Below, piece after piece: positions 1 to 9,530 of a stretch of DNA of 64,000 nt. Within the stretch, counting starts at the first letter, position 1, and each line of letters begins with the position of its first letter. The stretch is from Patescibacteria group bacterium. GTDB taxonomy: Bacteria; Patescibacteriota; JAQUNI01. A program made the position numbers and the translations under genes. The stretch is from positions 633,329 through 697,328 of the forward strand of contig JAQUNI010000001.1 in NCBI GenBank assembly GCA_028717685.1. The letters are read 5' to 3'. The notes below the pieces were generated by a model. The model was given only the letters and a program-made list of their open reading frames with translations, was not told where the DNA came from and did not search any database.

Positions 1-47
1 GCATAGGGGTGATTTATCCCCCACCTATACTATAGGTGGGGGGTGTA

Positions 48-899
48 CTAATTTTGCCTTCGGAAAAGGCGGTTTAAAAAAATTCTTGTTTGGAGAGGCA
101 GGAGGGGCACTCTTCTTTTTGTCTTTTCCATGATGGTTTGGGCGTTAAAAAGATGGTATTCATCCTGTCCCAATTTTAATCTTTGATTATAGAACTCTCT
201 GGCTTTTTGAGCAAACCTTTTTTGGATTTTAAGATTTTTAAAACTTAAAGAGCCGCGATAATAACGATATTTAATTAAGCATTGAGGCAGATTGGTAATT
301 TTTTCCCCTGCCGTTAAAAGGGTTAAGTAAAGGTCATAATCTTGGGCATAATAAAATTTTTCGCGATACATCCCCACACCAAAATTTTTGGTGTGGGGAT
401 AAACTCGTTTGTTGCGGAACATAATTGAAGGATGCAGGATACAGTTACGGCGGGTCAAGGTCTGTGCTGTCTTTTGGGGATTATCCTTTTTTAAATAATG
501 ACCGATTTTTTTACCTTGACCGTCAATAAATACAGCGGAACTGCCGATTAAAGACATTTCAGGGTGATTTTCCAAGTAAGAATATTGAATCTGCAAACGT
601 TCAGGCAAAGAGAGATCATCCGCGTCCTGCCGAGCGATGTATTTGCCGCGGGCGACCTTAAGCCCTTCATTTAAAGAACGGGTTAAGCCGAGATTGCGAT
701 TATTCTTGATGATCTTTATTCTTTTATCCTGACTCGCGAACTTTTTTACTATTGACGAAGAATCATCTTCTGAAGCATCGTCAATGATAATAAATTCAAA
801 GTTTGCGAAGCTTTGGTTTAAAATAGAAGAGATGCTGTCTTCTAGGTATTGGGCGCCATTGAAAACAGACATTATGATTGAGATTTGGGGAACTTTCAT
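48..899 (-). CDS. Glycosyltransferase family 2
   Basis: N-terminal ISIIMSVFNGAQYLEDSISSILNQS...IIIDDASEDDS and a DAD motif are typical of the GT2 GT-A fold. ORF of 283 aa. Confidence 0.8.
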   Translation of the reverse strand: MKVPQISIIMSVFNGAQYLEDSISSILNQSFANFEFIIIDDASEDDSSSIVKKFASQDKRIKIIKNNRNLGLTRSLNEGLKVARGKYIARQDADDLSLPERLQIQYSYLENHPEMSLIGSSAVFIDGQGKKIGHYLKKDNPQKTAQTLTRRNCILHPSIMFRNKRVYPHTKNFGVGMYREKFYYAQDYDLYLTLLTAGEKITNLPQCLIKYRYYRGSLSFKNLKIQKRFAQKAREFYNQRLKLGQDEYHLFNAQTIMEKTKRRVPLLPLQTRIFLNRLFRRQN

Positions 900-1048
900 T
901 CTTTTAACTTATAACTTGAAACTTGTAACCCAAGACTTGAGTTACAAGTTATAGGTTACAAGTTACAAAAACTTTTAATTGTTAGCTATCGTATTTAGTT
1001 TAGACTAAGTATATCAATATAATATAAGGTTATTCGTTTTTAGAATTT

Positions 1049-2914
1049 TTAGTTTTCTTTCATTTCAAATAATCTTACCCATTTTTCCGTTGCCCGATCT
1101 TTTTCTTCGTGGACGAGTTTTACTTTTTTCAATTCCCGTGGATGATAAACCATCTGCGCCAGAAAGGAGTTAGTCAATTCCTCTGTGCCCAGGGACTGTT
1201 CAAGCGCCCCGCGGAAACTGTAAGCGATTTTGTCTTGAGGCATTTTATAAATAGCAAAATCATCGGAATTAATGAGGAAATATTTGATTCCTTGTTCTTT
1301 CGCATAGGCTGTAGCTTCTTCCTCCCCTTGCCAGTAGATTTTGTTTTGGTCAAAGCCAGTTTTTGCCAGGCGATTTACGGGCGTGAGATTGGTCAAAAAG
1401 TCATAGTAAGGGGCTTCGCCCCAGTTTAAAAAGATTTTTTCTTGCGGCGGCGTATTCGCCTTCATCCATCGCGCCATTGTGTATTCGCCTTCGGTAAGCG
1501 CGGGTTTGATCCAATATTTATAAAGAAAAAGGGAGAAAAAAGAAGGGGCGAGAAGGAGAATTAAGAGAGCGGTGAGGTAGATTTTTTTGTTCACGATCTC
1601 CCTATATTTCTGAAAGTATTTTTTAAAAGCCCAAAGCAAAATTAAGGGCAAAAGAATAAAGATGACTTTATCCGGTGTTTTGAGCATTCCTGACCCGGGA
1701 TTCAAAATAAATAAGATGATTAAAGCTGAAGCCACAACATAATTAAGAAGATGGAATTTTTGGCGATACCAGAAGGCATAGCTAGCTAAAATGGCGGCGG
1801 CAATGTTGAGCAGGCGGGAGCCGCGGTCCATCGTGGTCGCGAGGAAGTAGCTCGCAATAAAGAAGGTCGGGGCAATCACCCTCCTTTTCTCGTAGGCGGC
1901 GTAAAAACCAAAAGGCAGAAAGAAACATAAAACATATAAATCCAAGAATTTTTTGTCTATATCCGTCGGCACAAGGTCTTTGGAATTTTGACCGAGGATA
2001 TAAAGAAGGTCAATGCCCTGCAGTTTGAGCAGTAGATGCTGAAGAAGCTGAAGAATTTGATCATAGAAGACATAACGGCTTAAAACCAAAGTCAGGAAAA
2101 CAAAAACATAAAGTAAAAGAACAGTACTTTTTTTTACCTTTTTGTGTTTTCGGTAGAGGATTTGGAAAATGGAATAAATTAAGAGAAAGGGCAGGGTGAG
2201 TAAAAAGACAGGATTGATATTGAATCCAAGGTAAGCTAAAAGTGAAGAAGCAGCCAAGTAGGGCCAATTTTTTTTCAGGCCAATTTGCCACTTCTCGGAA
2301 GCATTAAATCTTTTCCAGAAAGCGACGACGCAGGTCAAGAACCCCAACATAATAGGAAACTGGATAAGATCATGGGTAAAAGAAACAACTGACAGAGCTT
2401 GCGTTGAAGAGATACCCGTATAGAAAAAAGCGGCGGCGAGTGGAATAAAATAATCATCTTCTTTGGATTCCTCTTTGGTGTTGGGGAGGATGAGATTTTT
2501 CACTAAATAAAAGATCATCACCGCGGTAAGGCTGGAAAGAATAGCGGCGAAAATGCTGACCGCATGAAGCAGATAATCAAAAGGAAAAATTTTGCCGATG
2601 AGCCTTAATAAATAAAGCGTGATATCTTTGTTCTTGAAAGTTAAGGCTTGGGTCGCTTTTTGGCAGTAGATCCAGATTTCGGTGAGATGGGAGGCGTGCC
2701 AGCCGTATTTTTCCCAAAAAGCAATGTCCAAAATAACCCTTTGGAATAATCCGTAAACAAAGATGGTGACGGCCAGCAGCTTGGAATTTTTTAAAAAGTT
2801 TTGCATAAAGTAATAGCGTCGATATAAGGAAGACGCCTTTCTTATAATTAGGGGAGCAACAGGGTCGTCCCATTTTGTGATGATGATTATTTTTTGCGCC
2901 CCGATGTTTGCCAA
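1049..2914 (-). CDS. Polytopic membrane protein, GT-C-like (ArnT/PMT-type glycosyltransferase family), with C-terminal soluble domain
   Basis: Has more than 10 predicted TM helices followed by a hydrophilic C-terminal domain, inside a glycosylation gene cluster. Family assignment is by architecture only. The true start may be internal, since the 5' end overlaps the next ORF by 28 nt. Confidence 0.5.
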   Translation of the reverse strand: MANIGAQKIIIITKWDDPVAPLIIRKASSLYRRYYFMQNFLKNSKLLAVTIFVYGLFQRVILDIAFWEKYGWHASHLTEIWIYCQKATQALTFKNKDITLYLLRLIGKIFPFDYLLHAVSIFAAILSSLTAVMIFYLVKNLILPNTKEESKEDDYFIPLAAAFFYTGISSTQALSVVSFTHDLIQFPIMLGFLTCVVAFWKRFNASEKWQIGLKKNWPYLAASSLLAYLGFNINPVFLLTLPFLLIYSIFQILYRKHKKVKKSTVLLLYVFVFLTLVLSRYVFYDQILQLLQHLLLKLQGIDLLYILGQNSKDLVPTDIDKKFLDLYVLCFFLPFGFYAAYEKRRVIAPTFFIASYFLATTMDRGSRLLNIAAAILASYAFWYRQKFHLLNYVVASALIILFILNPGSGMLKTPDKVIFILLPLILLWAFKKYFQKYREIVNKKIYLTALLILLLAPSFFSLFLYKYWIKPALTEGEYTMARWMKANTPPQEKIFLNWGEAPYYDFLTNLTPVNRLAKTGFDQNKIYWQGEEEATAYAKEQGIKYFLINSDDFAIYKMPQDKIAYSFRGALEQSLGTEELTNSFLAQMVYHPRELKKVKLVHEEKDRATEKWVRLFEMKEN

Positions 2915-3933
2915 TATTTGAGAACCCCTACCCCTAATCCTAGAAGAGCGACATTGTTGCGCAAAATACTGATCGCGGGATAAAGCAGCATCACCCGATC
3001 ATTTTTGCGCCGCAGGGTCCAAATCATAGGAGGTAGGGTGGAGAGAAGGTAAAGCACGGCGAATAAAAAACAACCGAAAAAGAGCAGCGGGTCATTAAAG
3101 ATAACCGCGAAGAGCAGAATGACAGGGATTAAAAAAGCCAGAACAATTTGAAGCTTAATGATATAATCATAAGGATAAGGAGTAATACCTTTTAGATATG
3201 GCCGGAAACGGGCATAGGCATAGGAACGTTTTAAAAAAGCCGAGAGTGTGGGCTTGTAATGATGCCAGGCCTTCGCGCCGGGGTTATAAACCAGCCGACC
3301 GCCAACACGGATCACTCTTGAATTGAATTCTATATCAAAAGAGGAGTTTTTTAAATCAGCACGGAATTGACCAATTTTTCGGAAGATAGACGCGCGGTAA
3401 AGAACATTTGCCGAGGTAAGATGGATTGGACAGCGCGGTTGATGCGCCAGCTTGTATTCTATTTCGGAGCCTGCCAAGCGCGCAATCCACTTGTCTTTTC
3501 GGAATGGTTGTAAGCTACCTCCCACTCCCATTATAACAGGTCTTTGAAATACAGGGAGATTTTTCTGAAGCCACTCCCTTTCAATTTTTACATCCGCTTC
3601 CACGAGGGCGACAAAGTCGTAGCCTTGCGCCTTTTTGAGCCCAAAGTTTAAAGCCGCTGCCTGGCTTTGATGTTTCTGCTGCAGGATTTGGATTTCCGGA
3701 TATCGGCGCGCTAACTCTTGCACTTTTAGGACAGATTGATCACGGGAGCCGTCATTAATAACTAAAATCTTCTTCTGCCAAGCGCCTCTTTGGCTGATGA
3801 TTGCGGAAAGGGATTCTTGAATAAACTCCTCATTATTAAATAAACTTACGATAAAAAGAATTTTTGGGTCGGGAATATTTTTTAGTTGAAGCGGGGCAAT
3901 GTTGTTTTTTTGGTCAGGGATTGAGGGAAACAT
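2887..3933 (-). CDS. Glycosyltransferase family 2 with C-terminal TM segments
   Basis: LFIVSLFNNEEFIQESLSAIISQ...LVINDGSRDQS is GT2-like. Two C-terminal TM helices. Confidence 0.75.
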   Translation of the reverse strand: MFPSIPDQKNNIAPLQLKNIPDPKILFIVSLFNNEEFIQESLSAIISQRGAWQKKILVINDGSRDQSVLKVQELARRYPEIQILQQKHQSQAAALNFGLKKAQGYDFVALVEADVKIEREWLQKNLPVFQRPVIMGVGGSLQPFRKDKWIARLAGSEIEYKLAHQPRCPIHLTSANVLYRASIFRKIGQFRADLKNSSFDIEFNSRVIRVGGRLVYNPGAKAWHHYKPTLSAFLKRSYAYARFRPYLKGITPYPYDYIIKLQIVLAFLIPVILLFAVIFNDPLLFFGCFLFAVLYLLSTLPPMIWTLRRKNDRVMLLYPAISILRNNVALLGLGVGVLKYWQTSGRKK

Positions 3934-4186
3934 AGGGTTTTTTTGGGGATAACTTGCTTTTAGTAAATCGCGAACCCCCGATTTTTAATGGCAATGCCAT
4001 TACTCTTTAGAGACCGCCTTTCATTATAACAAGATCACTTTGTTGTTGCTAGATTTTTACCCTGTGTTATAATACTAGAAGGAAAACAAAATCAAAGAAA
4101 AAGTTTTAAAAAATCTATCATTTCACAGACTGGGAAAAATCATAAAGAGTTTTTTATGATTTATTCTCCGCATCTATAACATAGGT

Positions 4187-4549
4187 GTGGGGGTATATTT
4201 CCAATTTGTGACTCTAAAAAAAGTGGCCGAAAACACAAAGACCCCTCCTTCTCCTCAGGGAGGCAAAGATGTTGAGGAGAATAAAGTTTTAGCGGCAATC
4301 AGCTATCTCTGGATTATTAGTTTGGTAATCCTGCTGATAAAGAAAGAGAGCCCTTTCGCGAAATTTCACGCTAAACAAGGGTTGATTTTATGGATTGCTT
4401 CAGTCGTCTGTTGGATTATTCCAGTGGTGGGTTGGATTTTGAATTTGGTGATTTTCATCTTTATTGTCATTGGTTTTATTCAGGCTATGTCAGGAAAATG
4501 GTGGAAGGTGCCGGGGGTGGGTCAGCTTGCGGAAAAAATCAAAATTTAA
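4187..4549 (+). CDS. Small membrane protein (DUF4870-like)
   Basis: LAAISYLWIISLVILLIKKESPFAKFHAKQGLILWI matches the DUF4870-type two-TM family. The GTG start is uncertain. Confidence 0.5.
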   Translation: MGVYFQFVTLKKVAENTKTPPSPQGGKDVEENKVLAAISYLWIISLVILLIKKESPFAKFHAKQGLILWIASVVCWIIPVVGWILNLVIFIFIVIGFIQAMSGKWWKVPGVGQLAEKIKI

Positions 4550-4690
4550 ATTCTCAAAAATTGGCTTTTAGAATTGGAGAGGGTTCTCTTTTGAAAGAGG
4601 CGGATTTCTTGTTGGTTTTATTCCATCATATAATATTGTGGGTGTCAGCTCGTGACGATAAACATTTAAGTTATTCTAAAATTTTAATTT

Positions 4691-6145
4691 GTGTTGAAAA
4701 AGCAAACAAAAATTATCTGCACCATTGGACCAGCATCCAGCAGGATGGAGACTATTTTGACGATGCTGAAAGAAGGGATGGATGTGGCACGGGTTAATTT
4801 TTCCCACGGAACACATGAGGATAACGGCGCTTTGATTCGCAATGTGCGCGGCGCGGCGCGCACATTGGGGAAAGGAGTGGCGATTATCCAAGACCTTCAA
4901 GGGCCGCGCGTGCGCGTAAGCAACATCAAAAAGGGAGGTTTGACATTAAGGGAAGGTGAAACCGTAATTATTACTACCGCGCCCCTTACTCCGCAACAGA
5001 AAAAAAATCAAGATAAGCTCAAGGTTTTTCAGGTTACTTACAAGAAGCTGGATCAAGATCTAAAAAAAGGAAGAGTTATTTTGATTGATGACGGTCTCTT
5101 TAAATTTAAAGTCCTCGCCATTCGCAAGAAAGAGATTAAGTGCCGCGTTTTGATTGGCGGTTTGCTCACTTCCGGGCGAGGAATGAATTTTCCAGGGTCT
5201 GCTTTGGGTTTATCCGCCATCACCCCCAAGGACAGACAGGACTTAGAGTATGGGATCAAGATAGGAGTTGATTTTGTCGCCCTTTCTTTTGTGCAGAGCA
5301 CAGAGGATGTGTTGGCTCTAAGACGTTTGATTAAGGTCTATGAAAATAGGGAAACGCCTCGGACTAAGGTTATCGCCAAGATTGAAAAAGAAGAGGCTTT
5401 AAATAATTTAGAAGCGATTATTGAGGAAGCGGATGGTATTATGGTCGCGCGCGGAGATTTAGGCATTGAAATTGATCCTACGCGCCTGCCCTTAATTCAA
5501 AAAGAGATTATCAGCAAGTGTTTAGCCGCGGCGAAGCCGGTGATCGTGGCTACTCATATGTTGGATTCTATGCAGGATAATCCTCGGCCGACGCGAGCGG
5601 AAATTTCCGACGTTGCCAACAGCGTGATGGACCATGTCGACGCGGTAATGTTGTCCCAAGAAACGGCAACAGGCAAGTATCCTACAGAGGCGGTGAGGTT
5701 TATGGCTCGCACCTGCGCCGAGACCGAGCGCTCGCCCTACGATGATATTATTTATCCCTCTCATCCCACAAAGAAAGAGTTATCGCCGGTTTTAGCGATG
5801 AGTCAGGCGGCTTGCATCTTAGCTGCCAATATTCGCGCCAAGGCGATTTTGGTGACCACGCGCTCTGGTTTTTCCGGTCGGGCGCTTGTGAGCCACAGGC
5901 CGAACGCCGGTTCTATTATCGCCATAACTGGCAGCCCCAATGTTTACCGCGAACTTTTACTTTCTTGGGGTATCACTCCTTATCTTGTTCAGGATTTTCA
6001 CGATAGCCAGATGCTCATCCAGAAGAGCATAAAGACACTTCAGAAAGAAGAACTGGTAAAGGCAGGGGACAGGGTGGTAGTAATGACTGGATTTAAAGAG
6101 CGAGGCAATGGCTGGTCTACATCTTTACGCATCGTGACTGTTTGA
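4691..6145 (+). CDS. pyk: Pyruvate kinase
   Basis: TKIICTIGPAS...MDVARVNFSHG...IIQDLQGPRVR and MVARGDLGIEI are canonical PK motifs. GTG start, 484 aa. Confidence 0.9.
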   Translation: MLKKQTKIICTIGPASSRMETILTMLKEGMDVARVNFSHGTHEDNGALIRNVRGAARTLGKGVAIIQDLQGPRVRVSNIKKGGLTLREGETVIITTAPLTPQQKKNQDKLKVFQVTYKKLDQDLKKGRVILIDDGLFKFKVLAIRKKEIKCRVLIGGLLTSGRGMNFPGSALGLSAITPKDRQDLEYGIKIGVDFVALSFVQSTEDVLALRRLIKVYENRETPRTKVIAKIEKEEALNNLEAIIEEADGIMVARGDLGIEIDPTRLPLIQKEIISKCLAAAKPVIVATHMLDSMQDNPRPTRAEISDVANSVMDHVDAVMLSQETATGKYPTEAVRFMARTCAETERSPYDDIIYPSHPTKKELSPVLAMSQAACILAANIRAKAILVTTRSGFSGRALVSHRPNAGSIIAITGSPNVYRELLLSWGITPYLVQDFHDSQMLIQKSIKTLQKEELVKAGDRVVVMTGFKERGNGWSTSLRIVTV

Positions 6146-6413
6146 CTTTTTTTATTTTTATATTATAATTAAAGCACCGTCAGATATGGGTGTTTTTTGG
6201 TTTTTACACAACACCAATGAAAGGAGTGATAGGGTGAAAAGAAGCTTGTACTTCCGTGGGGACTCGTTCTTTGGCATACTGACAATCCATCGCTTTGGGA
6301 GGTGATGAATAAATGCGAGGGGATTGGTTTCGTTTTCCGACTTGAATTGTACCTTCAGTGTTTATGTTCTTGGTGCTATCCTAAAAATTTCCTATTATGG
6401 AGGGAAATAAGAA

Positions 6414-6667
6414 TGAATCGACAGATGTTTGAAGACAGCGTTAGAAGTATTATTAAACAGGCTTGCAAAGCGGTCAATTTTTCCTTGGGTGATTTCAAAG
6501 ATGTTGCCTTCTTCTTAAAAGCAGGTAGTACATTAAGGAAAATTGTGAAAATTCCACGCAAAATTGCTAACGCTATTGGTTTGTCGAGAGTTAGATTTGA
6601 GGGTAGTGCGAAATACATCATCGGATTGATCTTGAATGATGTTGGGCATTTACTGAAGGCTACATAA
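6414..6667 (+). CDS. Hypothetical small protein
   Basis: ATG at 6414 is preceded by GGAGGGAAATAAGA (SD-like). This is the shortened version of ORF 6302-6667. A terminator follows. Confidence 0.35.
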
Positions 6668-6696
6668 CCAGTTTTTCATTGTTCCAAAAAATCGTA

Positions 6697-6727
6697 GGGC
6701 GTCGACCTTAGACGCCCTTTTCTTTTT
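6697..6727 (+). terminator. Rho-independent terminator
   Basis: GGGCGTCGACCTTAGACGCCC hairpin followed by a T-run. Confidence 0.6.
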
Positions 6728-6884
6728 GGCTTAAATTGGGTAGAATAAAGAGGAAGGAAGCAGGGATTTAGAAATTACGAATTTTTGTTTTTGATTCCAT
6801 TATTCCCTATTTCTGATTCCATTTTTGGAGAGGTCGCATCGGCCCAAGGCCGACCAGCCTAGGGCTGGTAGTGGTCTAGTTAAT

Positions 6885-7145
6885 ATGTATTATGTATATA
6901 TATTATTTAGCACGAGGTTAAAAAAAATATACAAGGGTTTCACATCTAATCTTAAAAGAAGATTTTTAAAGCATAATCTAGGTGAAGTTAGATCAACTAA
7001 GAAAGGAATTCCATGGCAGCTGGTGTATTATGAGGCTTTTTTAAGTAAGAGAGACGCTAGGAGAGAAGAGTTATTTTTAAAGTCGGGTAAGGGTAGAGAA
7101 AGGGTGAAATATTTACTTAAGGATATTATGGAATTTAATAAATAA
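6885..7145 (+). CDS. GIY-YIG nuclease family protein (YhbQ/UPF0213-like)
   Basis: MYYVYILFS...KIYKGFTSNLKRRFLKHN...PWQLVYYEAF...AREELFLKSG matches the small GIY-YIG (YhbQ-like) family. Internal Met start at 6885, in frame with ORF 6825-7145. Confidence 0.8.
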   Translation: MYYVYILFSTRLKKIYKGFTSNLKRRFLKHNLGEVRSTKKGIPWQLVYYEAFLSKRDARREELFLKSGKGRERVKYLLKDIMEFNK

Positions 7146-7151
7146 TATTTT

Positions 7152-7239
7152 GGGAGAGGTCGCATAGTTGGTTTATTGCGCACGCTTGGAAAGCGTGTAT
7201 GCCGCAAGGCATCGCGAGTTCGAATCTCGCCCTCTCCGC
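7152..7239 (+). tRNA. tRNA-Ser (anticodon GGA)
   Basis: Manual fold: acceptor GGAGAGG/CCTCTCC; anticodon stem CACGC/GCGTG with loop TTGGAAA (anticodon GGA); long variable arm ATGCC-GCAA-GGCAT; T-arm GCGAG-TTCGAAT-CTCGC; discriminator G. CCA is not encoded. Confidence 0.85.
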
Positions 7240-7348
7240 CTTCGCCTCGCCGAAGCCCGTAATGGCGGAGGCGGGCTTCGCCACGCTGAAAGCTACGCCC
7301 TGCTGAAGGCGGGCTTCGCTCGGCTACGGCGTGATAAATCCGCCAAAT
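7237..7348. other. GC-rich structured trailer after tRNA-Ser
   Basis: CGCCTCGCCGAAGCCCG / GGCGGAGGCGGGCTTCGCC / GGCGGGCTTCGCTCGGC are repeated GC motifs forming hairpins. It shares CGCCTCGCC-GAAGC and GGCGGGC strings with the 58003-58128 island. Confidence 0.45.
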
Positions 7349-7368
7349 ATTGTCTATAATAAAAACAT

Positions 7369-7785
7369 ATGAAATTTAATAGTCTAAAACCTGAATTGTA
7401 TGTTTCTAACTTTCAAAAAAGTTTATATTTTTATACAAATTTATTAGGTTTTAAACTCGAATACCAACGCCCTAATCCTTTGTTTGCCTTTCTTTCATAC
7501 CAAGGTAGTCAAATTATGATTCAGCAAGAAGATAATGTTGAAGAATGGCATAATGGAAAACCAGAGTATCCTTATGGGCGAGGATTAAACTTTCAAATAG
7601 AGACAAATGATGTGCAAAGAATTATTGATTCACTTGCGAGCAGTAATTATCCACTAAAAAGAGGAATAAAAGACAGTTGGTACAAAGTGGATAATACATT
7701 ACATGGTTGTCGAGAAATTCTCGTGATGGATCCTGATGGGTATTTATTGAGATTTTCTCAAGGGATAGGCATAAAACAAGAATAA
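7369..7785 (+). CDS. VOC/glyoxalase-bleomycin resistance family protein
   Basis: About 138 aa with the pattern of paired beta-alpha-beta-beta-beta modules (LGFKLEY...GRGLNFQIETNDV...ILVMDPDGYLLRF). Confidence 0.6.
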   Translation: MKFNSLKPELYVSNFQKSLYFYTNLLGFKLEYQRPNPLFAFLSYQGSQIMIQQEDNVEEWHNGKPEYPYGRGLNFQIETNDVQRIIDSLASSNYPLKRGIKDSWYKVDNTLHGCREILVMDPDGYLLRFSQGIGIKQE

Positions 7786-7912
7786 AAAATTCTAACTTTG
7801 TCTCGCGCTCTCCGCCAAGTTGTGCTTTTAGCGAAATTGAAAGATGTTGCCTCGCACGCTCGAATTTTTATTCCGCCAAAGAAAAATTTAAAAATGGTTT
7901 GCACTATAAAAT

Positions 7913-8641
7913 ATGAGTGATAGACTAATTACAACTTTATTCATGCTTAGCTCTGTTGATGGAAAAATTTCCACTGGTGATACCGATAATATGGATACTG
8001 ATTCTGATTTTCGCAAGATAAAAGGAATAAAAGAGGGAGTTCAGCAGTATTATGATCTTGAAAAAACCACGGATATGCATTTTTTGATCACGGGCAGAGT
8101 GATGACAAAAAATTGCGAATCGTTAAATGTAAATAATAGAAAAGACGAGCCGGCTAAGCTTCCGGCTAACTGCATAATCGTAGACGGAGTTCATTTGCAA
8201 GAAAGTGGCATTCTATATCTTTTAAAAAAGTTTAATTCATTAACTGTCGTAACAGCCAATAGAAATCATCCAGCAGAAAAAGTCAAATCAAAAAATTTAA
8301 AAATAATTAGTTATCAAGATGAGATTAATTTTTTGGATTTATTGAGAAAACTAAAATCGGATTATGGCATTGAAAGATTAACTATCCAGTCTGGGAGCAC
8401 AATGAATGCCGCACTTTTGAGGGCTAATTTAATTGATCATATTTCACTCGTAGTTGCGCCTTGCTTGATTGGTGGGAAAGACACGGTTAGTTTGATTGGC
8501 GGAGAATCATTGCATTCTTTGAATGAGCTAAAACAGATTAAAGCGTTAAAACTCAAGCGGTGCGATGTATTAGAAAATTCGTACTTGCATTTGCAATATG
8601 ATGTTATTAACAAAACAGAAGTTGAAAAATTTGTTATGTAG
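7913..8641 (+). CDS. RibD C-terminal domain / DHFR-like reductase family protein
   Basis: LITTLFMLSSVDGKIS...IIVDG...LIDHISLVVAPCLIGG resembles bacterial bifunctional deaminase-reductase C-terminal (RibD_C/DHFR-like) proteins. Confidence 0.6.
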   Translation: MSDRLITTLFMLSSVDGKISTGDTDNMDTDSDFRKIKGIKEGVQQYYDLEKTTDMHFLITGRVMTKNCESLNVNNRKDEPAKLPANCIIVDGVHLQESGILYLLKKFNSLTVVTANRNHPAEKVKSKNLKIISYQDEINFLDLLRKLKSDYGIERLTIQSGSTMNAALLRANLIDHISLVVAPCLIGGKDTVSLIGGESLHSLNELKQIKALKLKRCDVLENSYLHLQYDVINKTEVEKFVM

Positions 8642-8702
8642 ACAGCAAGCGCAATAATCATCTATACCATAATTATAAAAAATATAACAAATAATAAAAA
8701 TT

Positions 8703-9026
8703 ATGAACCAAAAAAGTATTACCACGGCATTGGAATTGCCGGGCAAAAAGATAACCCAAAATTTGGGTTTGGTGCGGGGCATCACTGTTCGTTCAAGGTC
8801 AATTTTCGGCTCAATCGGGGGCTCATTGCAAACTTTGGTCGGAGGAAACATTTCGCTGTTCACTTCCTTGTGCGAGAAAACGCGCCAGCAGTCGTTTGAC
8901 TTAATGGTAAAACATGCCGAGGAAATGGGCGCCAATGCCATTATCGCGGTGCGCTATGATGCCAATGAAGTTATGTCCGGCGTAACTGAAGTGCTTTGCT
9001 ATGGCACGGCAGTGGTGGTTGAATAA
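8703..9026 (+). CDS. YbjQ/UPF0145 family protein
   Basis: [31 protein letters not shown]...[10 protein letters not shown] is the typical UPF0145 (DUF74) signature. Confidence 0.75.
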   Translation: MNQKSITTALELPGKKITQNLGLVRGITVRSRSIFGSIGGSLQTLVGGNISLFTSLCEKTRQQSFDLMVKHAEEMGANAIIAVRYDANEVMSGVTEVLCYGTAVVVE

Positions 9027-9144
9027 AAGGTTAGTAAAATAAATTTTTTCAATGGATTTCCAATAAATTGAACTTCAGATATCTCGGAACGTTATACGCC
9101 ATAATTAAAAGCCTTAATAAAAGTAGCCTTCAAAAAAACAATAT

Positions 9145-9477
9145 ATGAGCATGAAATCCGCTCAAGAACAAATCAAAAATATTTTTGACGAGATTCATAA
9201 AAAGAAAGGATTAAAACCAGATCCCTATTATTCTTTTGTCAGAATAGTGGAAGAGATTGGCGAGGTGGCACGACAGATTTTCAGTGAAAAAATTCGTCCT
9301 GAAAAGTATGACGGGGAAAACCTCAAAGAAGAGATTGTGGATGTGATCATAGAATTGTTGTACTATAGCTCTTTGCATGGCATTGAAGTAGAAAAAAAGA
9401 TTTTTGAGAAATTGGAAAAAATACGTCAAAATAATTTAAACAGCAAGACAAAAAATTTACATAACAGTGTGTATTAG
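9145..9477 (+). CDS. MazG-like nucleotide pyrophosphohydrolase domain protein
   Basis: Small all-alpha protein with the EE..E/EExxD motif arrangement (IVEEIGEVARQ...EEIVDVIIELL). Confidence 0.6.
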   Translation: MSMKSAQEQIKNIFDEIHKKKGLKPDPYYSFVRIVEEIGEVARQIFSEKIRPEKYDGENLKEEIVDVIIELLYYSSLHGIEVEKKIFEKLEKIRQNNLNSKTKNLHNSVY

Positions 9478-9530
9478 GCGTGGTTCAATTCACAAGAGTT
9501 GAATTATCAGCTTAATATTCATAAATCAAT

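Noticed and set aside
1109-1429. Plus-strand 106-aa ORF inside the GT-C-like gene
   Set aside because: It is antisense to a long, TM-rich, well-supported ORF.
7168-7359. 63-aa ORF overlapping tRNA-Ser and the GC-rich trailer
   Set aside because: It overlaps a confidently folded tRNA. The Arg/Ala/Gly-rich translation is an artefact of the GC-rich hairpins.
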